A stretch of DNA of 64,000 nt from the human T2T-CHM13v2.0 reference genome, Homo sapiens. A program made the position numbers and the translations under genes. Below the pieces are notes generated by a model. The model did not search any database and was not told the DNA's origin. It saw only the letters and a list, made by a program, of their open reading frames with translations. The stretch lies in the NCBI RefSeq assembly GCF_009914755.1, contig NC_060935.1. One strand, written 5' to 3'. The first letter of the stretch is position 1. Every line of letters begins with the position of its first letter. Below, in pieces: positions 1 to 13,273 of the stretch.

Positions 1-620
1 TCTATGTTCTGAGAGATACTGGCTAACAATTTTCTTTATCTAAAAAGATATTTGTCTAATATATTTGTTAAGTTTTCATTTAAGGGTAATGCTGGCCTTA
101 TAGGATGAGTTGGGATGTGTTCTCTCCTCTTCAGTTTTATTGAATGAATTTATGTTAAATTGGCATTGTTTAGTGCTTAAATGTTTGGTAGAATTTGGCA
201 GTGAATCCATCTGGTTCTAGATTTTCATTGTGGAAAGATTCTTAACTATATTTTCAGTGTCACTAATATAGGGCCATTTAGGTTATCAATTTTTTTCTTG
301 AGTTACCTTTAATAATTTATGTCTTTCAAAGAATTTGTCATTTCATCTAAGTTGTCAAATTAATTGACATATTTATTAATGTCATATTTATTGATGTTAA
401 GAACTTTATTAATGGCATAAAGTTCTTAATATTCTATTATATTTTTGATATATGTAGAGTCTCTGATGGTATCACCTCTTAATTTTGGTATTGATAATTT
501 ATATCCTTTATTCATTATCAGCCTGACTTAAGATTAGTTAGTTTTATTCATCTCAAAGAACTAGCTTATAATTTCATTAATTTTTCTATTTTTGTGTTTC
601 TTATTTTACTGATTTTTGTT
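1..620 (-). mobile_element. Old L1 (L1M) ORF2 fragment, antisense
   Basis: T-rich degenerate L1 ORF2 antisense phrases (gggtaatgctggcct..ggatgagttggg, tttggtagaattt..cagtgaatccatctgg); boundaries approximate. Confidence 0.7.
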
Positions 621-659
621 TTAATATTTGGTATAGTTTGAGTATTCCTTTTCTCTCCT

Positions 660-1300
660 CTCCTCAAGCAAAAGATAGGCTTCTCTTTTGGAGCTGTGAG
701 CTATGCTCCCTGTGGTTGGGGGAGGGGTGGCACCTGCACTCCCTTAGCTGCCCCAGCTGGTATCTCACTAGCTGGCTTTGAGCTCTGAACAGCAATAGGA
801 CTTGCCCAAGAATTATAGTTTTTGTGGCCTAGACAGCCTTTCAAGTTTATTTATGACCCCAGAGCACTTTCGCCTGTGGTGGTGAGGTTTGCTGAAACTG
901 AAGTTCCAACCACCTGGATGGACGATTCCCCTCTGGCTAGGGCTGGTCTAAATGCACCTTCTTTGGCCACTGGCTGAGTTCTGCCTGGTGTTAGCAGCAC
1001 TGTGTTCCATTACAGAGTCCCACAAATGCTATACTACCCCTCCCCTAAGTGCCTTGATTCTCCCTCCATGCCATGTGGCTTCTGTTGGGGAATGAGAAAG
1101 GGGTAGTGTAGGCAATTCAAGACTGTCTTTCCTACCCTCTTCAGTGCCTCTTTTGGCAATATGAAGTTAAAACCAGGTTCTGTGATTGCTCACCTGATTT
1201 TTGGTCCTTTTGAAGGTGCTTTTTGTAGATAGTTTTAAAATTTGATGTTCCTTTGGGGAGGATGATTGGTGGAGGCTTCTATTTGGCTATCTTGCCCTGC
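660..1300 (-). mobile_element. L1M/L1PB-type 5' UTR fragment
   Basis: Ends with ggaggcttctatttggctatcttg, the reverse complement of an L1 5' terminus (caagat-gcc-aatagaagcctcc). Confidence 0.6.
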
Positions 1301-1370
1301 TTCGTCCAAATCTGAAATTCTGTTAACTGTTAAGCAACTCTTCTCACCTCCAGCCCCTGGTACCATTTTA

Positions 1371-3480
1371 TGTTGTTTGTTTGTATTTATTTATTTATTC
1401 TTTAAATTTTATTTTATTTCAATAGCTGTTGGGGAACAGATGGTTTTTGGTTACATGGATAAATTCTTTAGTGATGATTTCCGAGATTTTGGTGCACCCG
1501 TCACCCAAGCAGTGTACACTGTACCCAATAGGTAGTCTTTTATTTCTCACCCCTTCCCACTCTTCCCCCAAAGCCCCAGAAGTCCATTCTATTATTCTTA
1601 CACCTTTGCATCCTCATAGCTTAGCTCCCACTTATAAGTGAAAACATACAATATTTGGTTTTCCATTCCTGAGTTACTTCACTTAGAATAATAGCCTCCA
1701 ACTCCATCCAAGTTGCTGCAAAGGCCATTATTTTATTTCATTTTATGGCTGAGTAGTATTCCATGGTGTATATATACACCACGTTTTCTTTATCCACTCA
1801 TTGGTTGATGGACATTTATGTTGGTTCCATATTTTTGCAGTTGTGAATTGTGCTTCTGTAAATACGCATGTACCTGTGTCTTTTTCATATAATGACTTCT
1901 TTTCCTTTGAGTAGGTACCCAGTAGTGGGATTGCTGGATGGAATTGCATTTCTACTTTTAGTTCTTTAAGGAATCTTCATGCTGTTTTCCATAGTGGTTG
2001 CACTAGTTTACATTCCCACTAGCAGTGTAAGTGTTCCCTTTTCTCCACAACCATGCCAACATCTATTATTTTTTTTATTTTTAAATTATGGCCATTCTTG
2101 CAGGAGTAAGGTGATACCTCATTGTGGTTTTAATATGCATTTCCCTGATAAGTAATGATGTTGAGCATTTTTTCATATGTTTGTTGGCTGTTTGAATATC
2201 TTCTTTTGAGAATTTCAAATTCATGCCCTTTGCCCGCTTTTTGATGGGATTATTTGTTTTTTTTTTCATACTGATTTATTTGTAGATTCTGGATATTAGT
2301 CCTTTGTTGGATGCACAGTTTGCAATTATTTTCTCCCACTCTGTGGGTTGTCTGTTTGCTCTGCTGATTATTTCTTTTGCCGTGTAGAATCTTTTTAGTT
2401 TAATTAGGTACCATTTATTTTTTTTTTGTTTTTGTTGCATTTGCTTTTGGGTTCTTAGCCATGAATTCTTTGCCTAAGCCAATGTCTAGAACAGTTTTTT
2501 TGATGTTATCTTTTAAAATTTTTATAGTTTCACGTCTTAGGTTTAAGTCTTTGATCCATCTTGAGTTGATTTTTGTATAATGTGAGAGATGAGGATCCAG
2601 TTTTATTCTTCTATGTATGGCTTGCCAGTTATTCCAACGCAATTTACTGAACAGGGTGTCCTTACCCTACCTTATGATTTTGTATGCTTTGTTGAACTTC
2701 AGTTGGCTATATGTATTTGACTTTATTTCTAGGTTCTCTATTGTGTTCCATTGGTCTATGTGCCTGTACTATGTATGTACTACGGGCACTAAGTATGTAC
2801 CCATACTGTGCTGCTTTGGTAACTATAGCTTTGTAGTATAGTTTGAAGTTGGATAATGTGATGCCTCCAGGTTTGTTCTCTTTTCTTAGTATTGCTTTGG
2901 CTATGTGGGCTCTTTTTTTGTTTTCATATGAATGTTAGCATTGTTTTTTCTATTTCTGTGAAGAATGATGGTGGTATTTTGATGGGAATTGCGTTGAATC
3001 TGTAGGTTGCTTTTGGCAGTATCGTCATTTTAACAATGTTGATTCTACCTATCCATGAGGATGGGATGTGTTTCCATTTGTTTGTGTCATCTATGATTTC
3101 TTTCAGCAGTGTTTTATAGTTTTTCTTGTAGAGATCTTTCACCCCCTTGGTTAAGTATATTCCTAAGGTTGGTGGTGGTGGTTTTGTTTTGTTTTGTTTT
3201 TTGTTTTTGCCACTGTTGTGAAAGGGACTGAGTTCTTGATTTGATGATTTGATTCTCAGCTTGGTCATTGTTGGTGTATAGCAGTACTCTTCATTTGTGT
3301 ACATTGATTTTGTGTCCTGAAACTTTACTGAGTTCATTTATCAGTTCTAGGAGCTTTTTGGATGAGTCTTTAGGGTTTTTTAGGTATATGATCATATCAT
3401 CAGCAAACAGTGACAGTTTGACTTCATCTTTTCAAGTTTAGATGTTATTTCTTTCTCTTGCCCGATCACTCTGGCTAGGA
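1371..3480 (-). mobile_element. 5'-truncated L1PB (3'UTR plus ORF2 C-terminal part)
   Basis: T-rich tail near 1371-1420; L1PB-type 3'UTR; minus-strand ORF2 peptides [69 protein letters not shown]; degenerate TSD ccatttta/ccatttca. Confidence 0.88.
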
Positions 3481-3515
3481 CCCATTTCATTTTCTAATTC
3501 TATGAATTTGACTAC

Positions 3516-3960
3516 TGTGTTAGTCAGGGTTCTCTAGAGGGACAGAACTAATGGAATAGATAAATATATATAAGGGGGAGTTTATTAACTATTCACTCAC
3601 ATGATCACAAGGTTCCACAATAGGCCATCTGCAGGCTGAGGAGCAGGGAGAACCACTCTGAGTCCCAAAACGAAAGAACCTGAAGTCTGATGTTTGAGGG
3701 CAGGAAGCATTCAGCACACGAGAAAGATATAGTCTGGGAGGCTAGGCCGGTCTTTCTTTTTACATTTTTCTGTCAGCTTATATTCTAGCCTTGCTGACAA
3801 CTGATTAGATTGTGCCAACCCAGAGTAAGAGTGGGTCTGCCCTTCCCAACCCACTGACTCAAATGTTAATCTCCTTTGGCAACACCCTCACAGTTACACC
3901 CAGGATCAATACTTTGTATCTTCTATCCAATCAAGTTGACACTCCGTATTAACCATCACA
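3516..3960 (-). mobile_element. MLT2A LTR (3' LTR of HERV-L provirus)
   Basis: tgtgttagtcagggttctctagagggacagaac ... ttaaccatcaca; TG..CA termini; PPT-like sequence adjacent at 3961-3980 on the minus strand. Confidence 0.92.
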
Positions 3961-6900
3961 AGTCTACCACTTGTCAACTTGAGCCCATACACATCTCCTG
4001 AGATCATACGTAATCTTCAAATAAAGACATAAATAAGGTCATAATTATGCCTAGCATAATACAACTATTCTTCATACAACCGGAAACGCACAAATCCCCA
4101 ACCAAAATACTATTACTTAAAGTTAACAATACTTAAATGCTGATGTGAAGTCAATAAATCTTATGTTACATGATAAAGGAGAGAAGAAATAAAATGAAGA
4201 TATTTTCTTAGTACAGGAGTATACATGCACAAACATGTTTTTAACAAAAGAAGGAGGAAATACTCATGACAGTTACAGTCCTTGTTTCTGCACTGGTCAT
4301 GTGATTGTAGCTGGTATGATGACCACATTCTTCTACTACCCATTTTGTATTCTCTTTGCCTTCAGCAAGCACCTCAGAGAGTCTTGGTTTTTTTCCTGGT
4401 GGAGTGACCCAAACCTTCACTCCTGAAGGGGCTGGGTCATTTGTAGTCCTGCCTGGATTGGGCTGTTGTAGTTTCCCATTGACCTTAATCACAGGGCATG
4501 GTAATACTAAGAGATGCCGTAATGGACCTCCTGTGTTCCATGCATACTCCTCCTTACCTCTGTTGTGGAGTAGTAGACTGATTTCATGTTGAAAGTCTGG
4601 GTTGGTCATCCCAGCCAACACTGTATCTCCCTTTTTTAGCCTATTGACTTAAAGGTAGGAGGAGCCCAAATTGTCCAGGTAGCAATCTTAACTTCCAGTT
4701 TATTGTGCCTCCTGGTGGCAGCATTCCTCTGGAACTAAGACCTCTAGGCCAGCAGAATGTAATATCGTGGGAACAGGAAGCAAAGATTTTGCTAGTGGAT
4801 CACTATGGGTGATGGTGAGTGGTGCTACTTCCACCCCTTGATTCCTGGACTTGTGAATCCTGGCTATGGGAGAAACAGTACCACATATTGGACGCTGATT
4901 CAGAGCGTACACAGCCTTCTGGAGAACTTTGCCCCAGCCCTGCAAAGTATTGTCACCTAATTGGCGTTGTAATTGTGACTTCAAAAGGATATTCCACCAT
5001 TCTATCAATCCAGCTGCTTCAGGATGATGGGGGAACTGATAAAACCAGTGAGTTCCATGAGCAGGAGCCCACTGCTGCACTTCTTCAGCTGTAAAGTCAG
5101 AGGTAATGCTGTGTAGAATACCATGACGGTGGATAAGGCATTCTGTGAGTACAGAAGCATTGGCAGAAGCATTGTGTGCAGGATAGGCAAACCCATATCC
5201 AGAGTAAGTGTGTATTCCAGTGAGGACAAACCTCTGCCCTTTACATGATGGAAGAAGTCCAGTATAATCAGCCTGCCACCAGGTAGATAGCTGGCTGATC
5301 ACCCTGAGGAATGGTGCCATATTGAGGGCTCAGTGCTTGTCTCTTCTGCTGGCAAATTGGGCACTCAGCAGTGGCTGTAGCCAGGTCAGCCTTGGTGAGT
5401 GGCAGTCCATGTTGCTGAGCCCATGCGTAACCTCCATCCCTGCCACCATGGCTACTTTGTTCATGGGCCCATTGGGTGATGATAGGTGGCTGGGGAAAGA
5501 GGGTGAGTGGTGTCCACAGAATGGGTCATCCTATCCACTTGATTATTAAAATCCTTCTCTGCTGAGTTCACCTGTTGGTGAGCACTCACATGGGATACAA
5601 ATATCTTCACAGGTTTTTACCCCTCAGAGAGGTCCGTCCACATAACTCTTCCCCAGATTTCTTTGTCACCAGTTTTTCAATCATGCTTCTTTCAAGTCCC
5701 TGACCATCCAGTCAAACCATTGGCTACAGCCCACAAGTCAGTATATAATCGCTCATCTGGCCATTTCTCCTTCCATGCAAAGTGCACAACCAGGTGCATT
5801 GCTCGAAGTTCTGCCCACTGGGAAGATTTCCCTTCAGGTCTGTCCATCAGGGATGTCCTGGAAAGGGACTGAAATGCTGCAGCTGTCCACTTTCGGGTGA
5901 TGCCTGCATATCGTGCAGAACCATCTGTGAACCAGGCCGTAGTCTTCTCTTCCTCTGCCAGTTGATCACAGGGAACTCCCCATGAGGCCATTGGTGCAGG
6001 CTGGGGGAGAGAAGGTAGGGTAGCAGGAGTGGAGACCATGGGCATTTGAGCCACTTCCTCACATAACTTACTTGTGCCTTCAGGACCTGCCCAAGCCTGA
6101 TCACATATATACCCTTCCATTTGATGATGGAATGCTGCTGTGTACCCACTTTATGGCTAGATGGGTCAGAAAGCACCCACTTCATGATAGGCAGTTCAGG
6201 TTGCATGATAACTTGATGACCCTTCAGTTTTCACCAAAGTCCAGTAACAGGCTAAGAGCTGTCTCTCAAAAGGAGAGTAGTTATCTGCAGAAGATGGCAG
6301 GGCCTTGCTCCAAAATCCTAGAGGCCTTTGCTGTGATTCACCTATGAGGGCCTGCCAAAGGCTCCAAACAGCATCCTTATCTGCCACTGACACCTCAAGC
6401 ACTATTGGGTCTGCTGAGTCATATGACCCAAGTGGCAGAGCAGCTCGCACAGCAGCCTGGACCTGTTGTAGAGCCTTCTCCTGTTCTGGACCCCACTCAA
6501 AACTGGCAGCCTTTCAGGTCACTCGATAAATAGTCTGGGGTAACACACCTAAATGAGGAATGTGTCGACAACAAAATCCAAATAGGCCCACTAGGCATTG
6601 TGTCTCTTTCGTGGTTGTAGGAGAGGCCAAATCCTTTACCTTAGAAGGAATATCTCGACAGGTCCCACACCACTGGACCCCTAGACATTTTACTGAGGTA
6701 GAAGTTCCCTGAATTTTAGTCAGATTTTTTTTCCCATCCTCTGGCGTGCAAATGTCTCACCAATAAATTCAGTGTGTTTGCTACTTCTCGCTCACTGGAT
6801 CTAATCAGCATAATGTCATCAATGTAGTGGACCAGTGTGATATCTTGCGGAAGTGGAAAGTGATCAAGGTCTCTCTGAATAAGATTATGACACAAAGCCG

Positions 6901-9525
6901 GAGAGTTGATATACCCCTGAGGTAGGACAGTAAAGGTATATTGCTGGCCTTGCCAGCTGAAGGCAAATTGATTCTGTTGGACCTTATGCACAGGAGTGGA
7001 GAAAAAGGCATTTGCCTAGTCAGTGGCCACATACCAGGTACCAGAAGATGTGTTAATTTGCTCAAGCAATGAAACCACACCTGGTACAGCAGCTGCAGTT
7101 GAAGTCACCACTTGGTTAAGCTTATGATAATCCACTTTCATTCTCTAAGATCCATCTGTCTTCTGCACAGGCCAAATGGGAGAGTTGAATGAGGATGTGG
7201 TGGGAATCACCAACCCTGCATCTTTCGAGTCCTTATGGTGGCACTAATTGCCGCAATTCCTCCAGGGATGCAATATTGTTTTTGATTTACTATTTTTCTA
7301 GGTAGAGGCAGCTCTAATGGCTTCTATTTGGCCTTTCCCACCGTAATAGCCCTCACCCTACCAATCAGCCAATGTGGGGGTTCTGCCTGCTGCTGAGTAT
7401 GTCTATGCCAATTATGCATTCTGGCACTGGGGAAATGACCACAGGATGAGTCTGGGGACCCACTGGACCCACTGTAAGTCAGACCTGAGCTAAAACTCCA
7501 TTAATTACCTCACCTTCATAAGCCCCTTCTTTAACTGGAGGACCACAATGATGTTTTGGGCCCCTGGATTCAGTGTCAGCTCAGAGTCAGTGTCCAGTAG
7601 TCCCCGAAACGTCTGATTGTTTCCCTTTTCCCAGTGCACAGTTACCCTGGTAAAGTCCGGAGGTCTCCTTGGGGAAGGATGGGAGAAAGATTTATAGCAT
7701 AAATTGTTGGTAGTATAGTGGGGTCCTTCCTCAAGGGGAGCAGACTTCCCCTTCATTCAAGAGGTTCTGAGTCTATAAACTGGCTCCAGTCTGGATATCG
7801 ATTGAGGGGCCATGATTCTCTGTTTTTATATTTAAAATTAGTCTTTTGTCCACTTGACCTGGAATTTTTCTGCTTATATAAATTAAGTAGGAATGCAGTA
7901 GGATTCCTATCAATTTCACTTCTAGAAACACCGTGATTAATTAGCCAGTGCCAGAGCTCTGCATAAGTCAAACGATTCTGATTGTTGCTTTGCCTCTGCT
8001 GTCCATTATGGTAGCCGTGCCCATCTTGCCTTTGATGGTTGAGTGCTGCCACTTGGCCCTGCCATCTCGGGATCCAATTATTTCCATTGCATTTAAATTT
8101 TGTGGTTGAGTGACTGGGGTTCCCATTGTTAGATCTGGCATACATCAAGATCTTGAAGAGCAATCCTTACAGAGCTCTTCAAAGATGTAGGTGTTGCCCT
8201 CACAAATCTATTTTGGAAAGCATTGGTTAAGGATATATCTTCTGGACCCTCCCAGCTGGAATGAGAAGGTCTAAAGTGACTAATCCACTCCACCATTCCA
8301 ATCTCTCTATACCTTTGGATCCCGTTCTAAACCAAGGGAGGAAATCAGGCATTTCCAGCTCGCTCACAGTGGGCCATCTTTTAAGCTATATTTTAGCTAA
8401 CCAAGCAGACAAACTATTAGAATCTTTTTTAACTCCCTGAGCTACAACATTAAATGTAGAATCCCTATTTAGTAGGCCCAAATCGACAAATTCACCTGAT
8501 CAAACTCTATGTTCCTTCTATCATCATCCCACACCTTAATATCCATTCCCATGACTCTTCTCAAGATTTCTGCTTATATAAATTAGAGAACTCAAGCAGT
8601 TCTTTTTGAGTGTAGCACATCTCCTCATGGCCACACTCTGAACCTCACTTCTAGGAGCCCGCTAGGACTTTAGTCTTGTTATAGGTCTAGAAGCAAACAG
8701 AGGTGTTGGGGATAGCTCCTGAGGAGAATCAACTTATGTTGCCTGGCAACTGCCTCACGGGAGGCCATCACTGTTGCCTCAGGCAGCACAGGGTTTATCC
8801 CCTCAGACAAAGGTGGAAAGGTTGATAGGAATGTGGGTCGGGGAGGGGATGTTGCCACTACTGGGGATGAGAAAGCTGTTTCTTCCAGCAAAAAAAATTC
8901 ATCAGAGTTTACAAGCTCAGTGTCCCCAGTGTCATCAGGGTCCTCCCACATATCCCCATTCCCAGTTGCAAGGTCCCATTCTTTTCCAATCAATGCCCTC
9001 ATTTTAACAGTAGACACCTGGCAAGGCTGTGCATGCACCTTTCATTGCAGGCCAGCCACTCGCATGATAAAAGCTTGTGTCTGGTTTTCCACAGCTTCAT
9101 CTCTTTCTCTTCAGGAGATAAGACTCTTACTCAGGGCAATCTTAGAAGATTTGAGGCTCAGTGTCTGCTTCTGAAGCCAGGAGTTAGCATCCCTGAGTTC
9201 ATCATTTTCTTTCATCACTTTGTCCAGTGAACTTAGGAGCAACCAACCAACTTCATTATGTTCCTTGGTTCTCCACATATGGTCAAAGTTATTATGTACA
9301 GGGTCACTAAACTCCTTGCCTTTCATGAGCAGTGAATCAGGAGTGTCAAATGCATTTATTTTGCATAACTCTCTAAACAGTTCGTGCCAGGGACCATAGT
9401 GTTCTCCATACTATTAGAAGTAGAGTCCTTAACATTTTGGAGTCTAATCATATTTAGCAGCCAACTCCAGAAACCCCAAAACCAACAAAAGAACTCCATC
9501 CTTAATATTTGTTGGTACCAAAATC
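3961..9525 (-). mobile_element. HERV-L internal region: disrupted gag-pro-RT-RNaseH-IN-dUTPase, no env
   Basis: gag-like peptides about 9326-7750; protease-like GLLDTDSELT (ORF 7505-7756); RT QFAFSWQGQQYTFTVLPQGY..LVHYIDD (6716-6991); RNaseH WFTDGSA/AELRA (5692-6120); integrase WQADYTG..HHPEAAGLIE (4700-5320); dUTPase-like EISLLLHN..LLVLP (4241-4621); many stops and frameshifts. Confidence 0.93.
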
Positions 9526-9989
9526 TGTATTACTCAGGATTCTCTAGAAAGACAGAACTATATATATACATAGTTATATATATATAAACTCTCATATATA
9601 TATGGGAGTTTATTAAGGAGTATTAATTCACACAATCACAAGGTCCCAAAATAGGCCATTTGCAAGCTGAGGAGCAAGGAAGCCAGTCTGAGTCCCAAAG
9701 CTGAAGAACTTGGAGTCTGATGTTGGAGGGCAGGAAGCATCCAGCATGGGAGAAAGATGTAGGCTGGGAGGCTAAGCCAGTCTAGTCTATTCACGTTCTT
9801 CTGCCTGGTTTTTATTCTGGCCACGCTGGCAGTTGATAAGATTGTGCCCACTCAGATTAAGGGTGGGTCTGCCTTTTCCAGTCCACTGGCTCAAATGTTA
9901 ATCTCTTTTGGCCACACCCTCACAGAAACAGTCAGGAATAATACTTTACATCCTTCAATTCAATCAAGTTGACAGTATTAACCATCACA
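9526..9989 (-). mobile_element. MLT2A LTR (5' LTR of HERV-L provirus)
   Basis: tgtattactcaggattctctagaaagacagaac ... ttaaccatcaca; homologous to 3516-3960; PBS remnant tggtacca next to it. Confidence 0.92.
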
Positions 9990-11720
9990 ATGACCTTCTT
10001 TGTCTTTTTTTATAGTTTTTGTCTTGAAATCTATTTTGTCTGATATTAGTATAGCTACTCCTGCTCTTTTTTGGTTTCTATTTGCATGGAATATTTTTTC
10101 CATCTCTTTATTTTCAGCCTATATGTGTCTTTGAAGATGAAGTATGTTTCTTGCAGGCAAGGAATTGTTGGATCTTATTTTGTAACCTATTCAGCCACTC
10201 AACATCTTTTATTTGGAGAGTTTAGTTTATTTACATTCAATGTTATCATTGTTAAGTAAGGACTTACTTCTGCCATTTTGTTACTTTTTTTTCTGGTTGT
10301 TTCATGGTCTTCTTTCTTCTTCTTTCCTGTCTTTTAGTGAAGGTGATTTTCTCTGATGACATGTTTTAATTTATTGCTTTTTATATTTTGTGTTATCTGT
10401 TGTATGTTTCCAAATATGAAGTTACGATGAGGCTTGCAAATAATATCTTATAACCTGTTGTTTTAAACTGATGACAACTTAACAGTGATTACATAAACAA
10501 ACTAACAAGTAAAGAGAAAACTAATAAAAACTCTACACTTTAACATCATGCCCCTACTTTTAACTTTTTATTGTTTCTACTTATATTTTATTGTACTATG
10601 TCTTGAAAAGTTGTAATTATTATTTTTGATCAGTTCATCTTTTAGTCTTCCCACTCAAGATATGAGTAGCTTACACACCACAATTACAGTGTTTTGATAT
10701 TCTGTCTTTTTGTGTACTTACTATTACTAGTGAGTTTTGTGCCTTCGGATAATTTCTTATTTTGTATTAAGGTGCTTTTCTTTCAGATTAAAGAACTCCC
10801 TTTAGCTTTCTCATAGGATAGGTCTGGTGTTGATGAAATCTCTCAGCTTTTGTTTGTCTGGGAAAGTCTTGAATTCTCCTTCATGTTTGAATAATATTTT
10901 CACCAGACATACTATTCTGCAATAAAAGTTCTTTTTCCTTTGGCACTTTCAATATATTATGTCACTCTTGCCTGGCCTGCAAGGCTTCCACTGAGAAGTC
11001 TGCTGCTAGGCATATTGAAGCTCCACTATATGTTATTTGTTTCTTTTCTCTTCCTACTTTTAGAATCCTTTCTTTATTATTGACCTTTGGGAGTTTGATT
11101 ATTGAATGTCTTGAGTTAATGTTATTTGGGTCAAATCTGCTCAGTAACCTTCTTGCACTTGAATATTGATATCTTTCTCTAGGTTTGGGAAGTTTTCTGT
11201 TATTATCCCTTTGAATAAACTTTCTACCCTCATCTTTCGATTTCCTCCTCAAGGCCCAAAACTCTTAGATTTGCCCTTTTGAAGTTACTTTCTAGGTATC
11301 ATAGGCATACTTTCATTCTCTTCTATTCTTCTTCCTTTTGTCTCCTATAACTGTGTATTTTCAAATAGCCTGTCTTCAAGCTCACTAATTCTTTCTTCTG
11401 CTTGATTAATTCCACTATTAACAGACTCTGATGCATTCTTTAGTATTTCAGTTGCAGTTTTTAACTCCAGAATTTCTACTTGATTCTTTTAAATTATTTC
11501 AATCTCTTTATTAAATTTATCTGATAGGATTCTGAATTCCTCTCTGTGTTCTCTTGAATTTCTTTGAGTTTCCTCAAAACAGCCATTTTGAATTATCTGT
11601 CTGAAAGGTCACACATCTGTGTCTCTCTGGGATTAGTCACTGGTGACTTATTTAGTTCTTTTGGTGAGGTCATATTTCCTGAGTAGTCTTGATGCTTGTG
11701 GATGTTCACTGGAGTCTGGG
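9990..11720 (-). mobile_element. L1M/L1MA fragment: ORF1 and start of ORF2
   Basis: ORF1-like peptide RHSIIKLPKVNNKERILKVGREKKQITYSGASICLAADFSVEALQAR (10962-11252); endonuclease-region antisense phrases at 9990-10270. Confidence 0.85.
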
Positions 11721-11724
11721 CTTT

Positions 11725-12530
11725 TTTTCTGCCTCTTTGTGTGCTTAGTAATCTTTGGTTAGATGCCCAACGTTATGAGTTTTACCATGTTAGTTGCTGG
11801 ATGTCTTTACATTATTGAACCTGGTTTTGGTATACAGTCAAGTTCATTTGATGACTTGCTTTTATAACTTGTTAGGTGGGTCTGGTGCAGTACTCAGTCT
11901 GGGACTAGTGTTTATTCCCTACTGCTCAGATAAGATCATTCTGAATACTCTACCTAATGTTCTGTGAAATACAAGTTTTTCAAGTTTGATTGGTGGAAAT
12001 AAGGACAAATTATTCCTGGAGCTAGGTGGACTCTAGTCACTGTTCTCTTTTATTTTGGATTGTTCTCTTCCTAGCCTCAGGTTATTTCATTGCATACATG
12101 CACCAATCAGTGCTCTGCTGTGTACCAGGAGACTCTCTGTTCATTTCTGGGGTGCTGTCTCTGGGCAGCTTTCTTCTCTCTGGTACTTTGTCCTGTGAAC
12201 TCTAACTGCCTTTGTCTCTCTGCACTCTTAACTCCATCTCTTCAATTCTTAGAGCCCATCAGGCTTCACTTCAATTTCCCTGCCCTGTGCCACTGCCTGG
12301 AACCTTCCAAGGCAGTAATCTCTAGCAGTTATAGGGTTTACTTCACTTGTTTCCCATCTGTCAAGGAGCAGTGTTGTTTGTTACCTGGTGTCCAATGTCT
12401 TGAAAACCATCATTTCTTGTATTTGTTTGATTTGTGTACTTTTTAAAACTTTTTAAATTTTTTTGGTGGTTTAAGGTTGGAGGGCAAATGCGGTCCCTGT
12501 TACTCTGTTTTGGTCAGAAGCAGAATCCCT
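11725..12530 (-). mobile_element. Ancient L1M(E) 5' region fragment
   Basis: Degenerate L1ME-like phrases (tgtgaactctaactgcc, ggtccctgttactctgttttggtcagaagcagaa). Confidence 0.55.
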
Positions 12531-12591
12531 GTTTACTTGTAGTTTCAATCTGAAAAGACTGTTTTGCTACATTCTTACAGAAAAACTGTTT

Positions 12592-12888
12592 GTTTTTTTT
12601 TTTGAGATATGGGGTCTGGCTCTGTTGCCCAGGCTGGAGTGCAGTGGTGCAATTTCAGCTCACTGCAACCTCTGCCTCCTGAGTTCAAGTGATCCTCTGG
12701 CCTCAGCCTCCTGAGTAGCTGGGATTACAGGCCCGTGCCACCACTGCCTGGCTAATTTTTGTATTTTTAGTAGAGATGGGTTTTCACCATGTTGGCCAGG
12801 CTGATCTGAAACTCCTGGCCTCATATGATCCATCTGCTTTGGCCTCTCAGAGTGCTGGGATTACAGGCATGAGCCACCGCACCTAGCC
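12592..12888 (-). mobile_element. AluS element
   Basis: Poly-T then full antisense Alu dimer; degenerate TSD agaaaaactgttt/aggaagaactcttt. Confidence 0.93.
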
Positions 12889-13099
12889 AGGAAGAACTCT
12901 TTTAATAGTAGCCATTGCTCATTTCTCTTTGGGAGGAGATAAAGCAGCCAGCAGAAATTTTTGAGGATATTCTTGGGATATTAAACTGATTTCCTGACTC
13001 CTTAGTTTCTGGGAATTTCTGGGAGTTATTTGGATAAAGAAGCTAATTTTAAATAATAATTTTATGAAATTCCTAACCATGTTATGATTTTATTTTCAG

Positions 13100-13273
13100 A
13101 ATTAAGAAAAAGAGAGAGCAAGAACGTTATGCTGCAGAGCAGAGGATCCTAAGAATGAACTTTCATGAAGATCCATATTCAGGAGAGAAGTTGAGTGAGA
13201 TATTAGCCCAGTTACAACTTCAAGAAATAAAAGGAACCAGAGAAAAACAACAGAGAGAAAAAGAATACCTGAG
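13100..13273 (+). CDS. CCDC15: CCDC15 third-last coding exon (IKKKREQERYAAEQRILRMNFHEDPY...EKEYLR)
   Basis: ttttcag acceptor, gag|gtaatt donor; 174 nt, phase 2-2; coiled-coil peptide recognised as the CCDC15 C-terminal region. Confidence 0.9.

Noticed and set aside
4241-9326. HERV-L ORFs as a functional or domesticated retroviral gene
   Set aside because: gag and pol are broken into short pieces by stops and frameshifts; the protease motif is altered (DTD).
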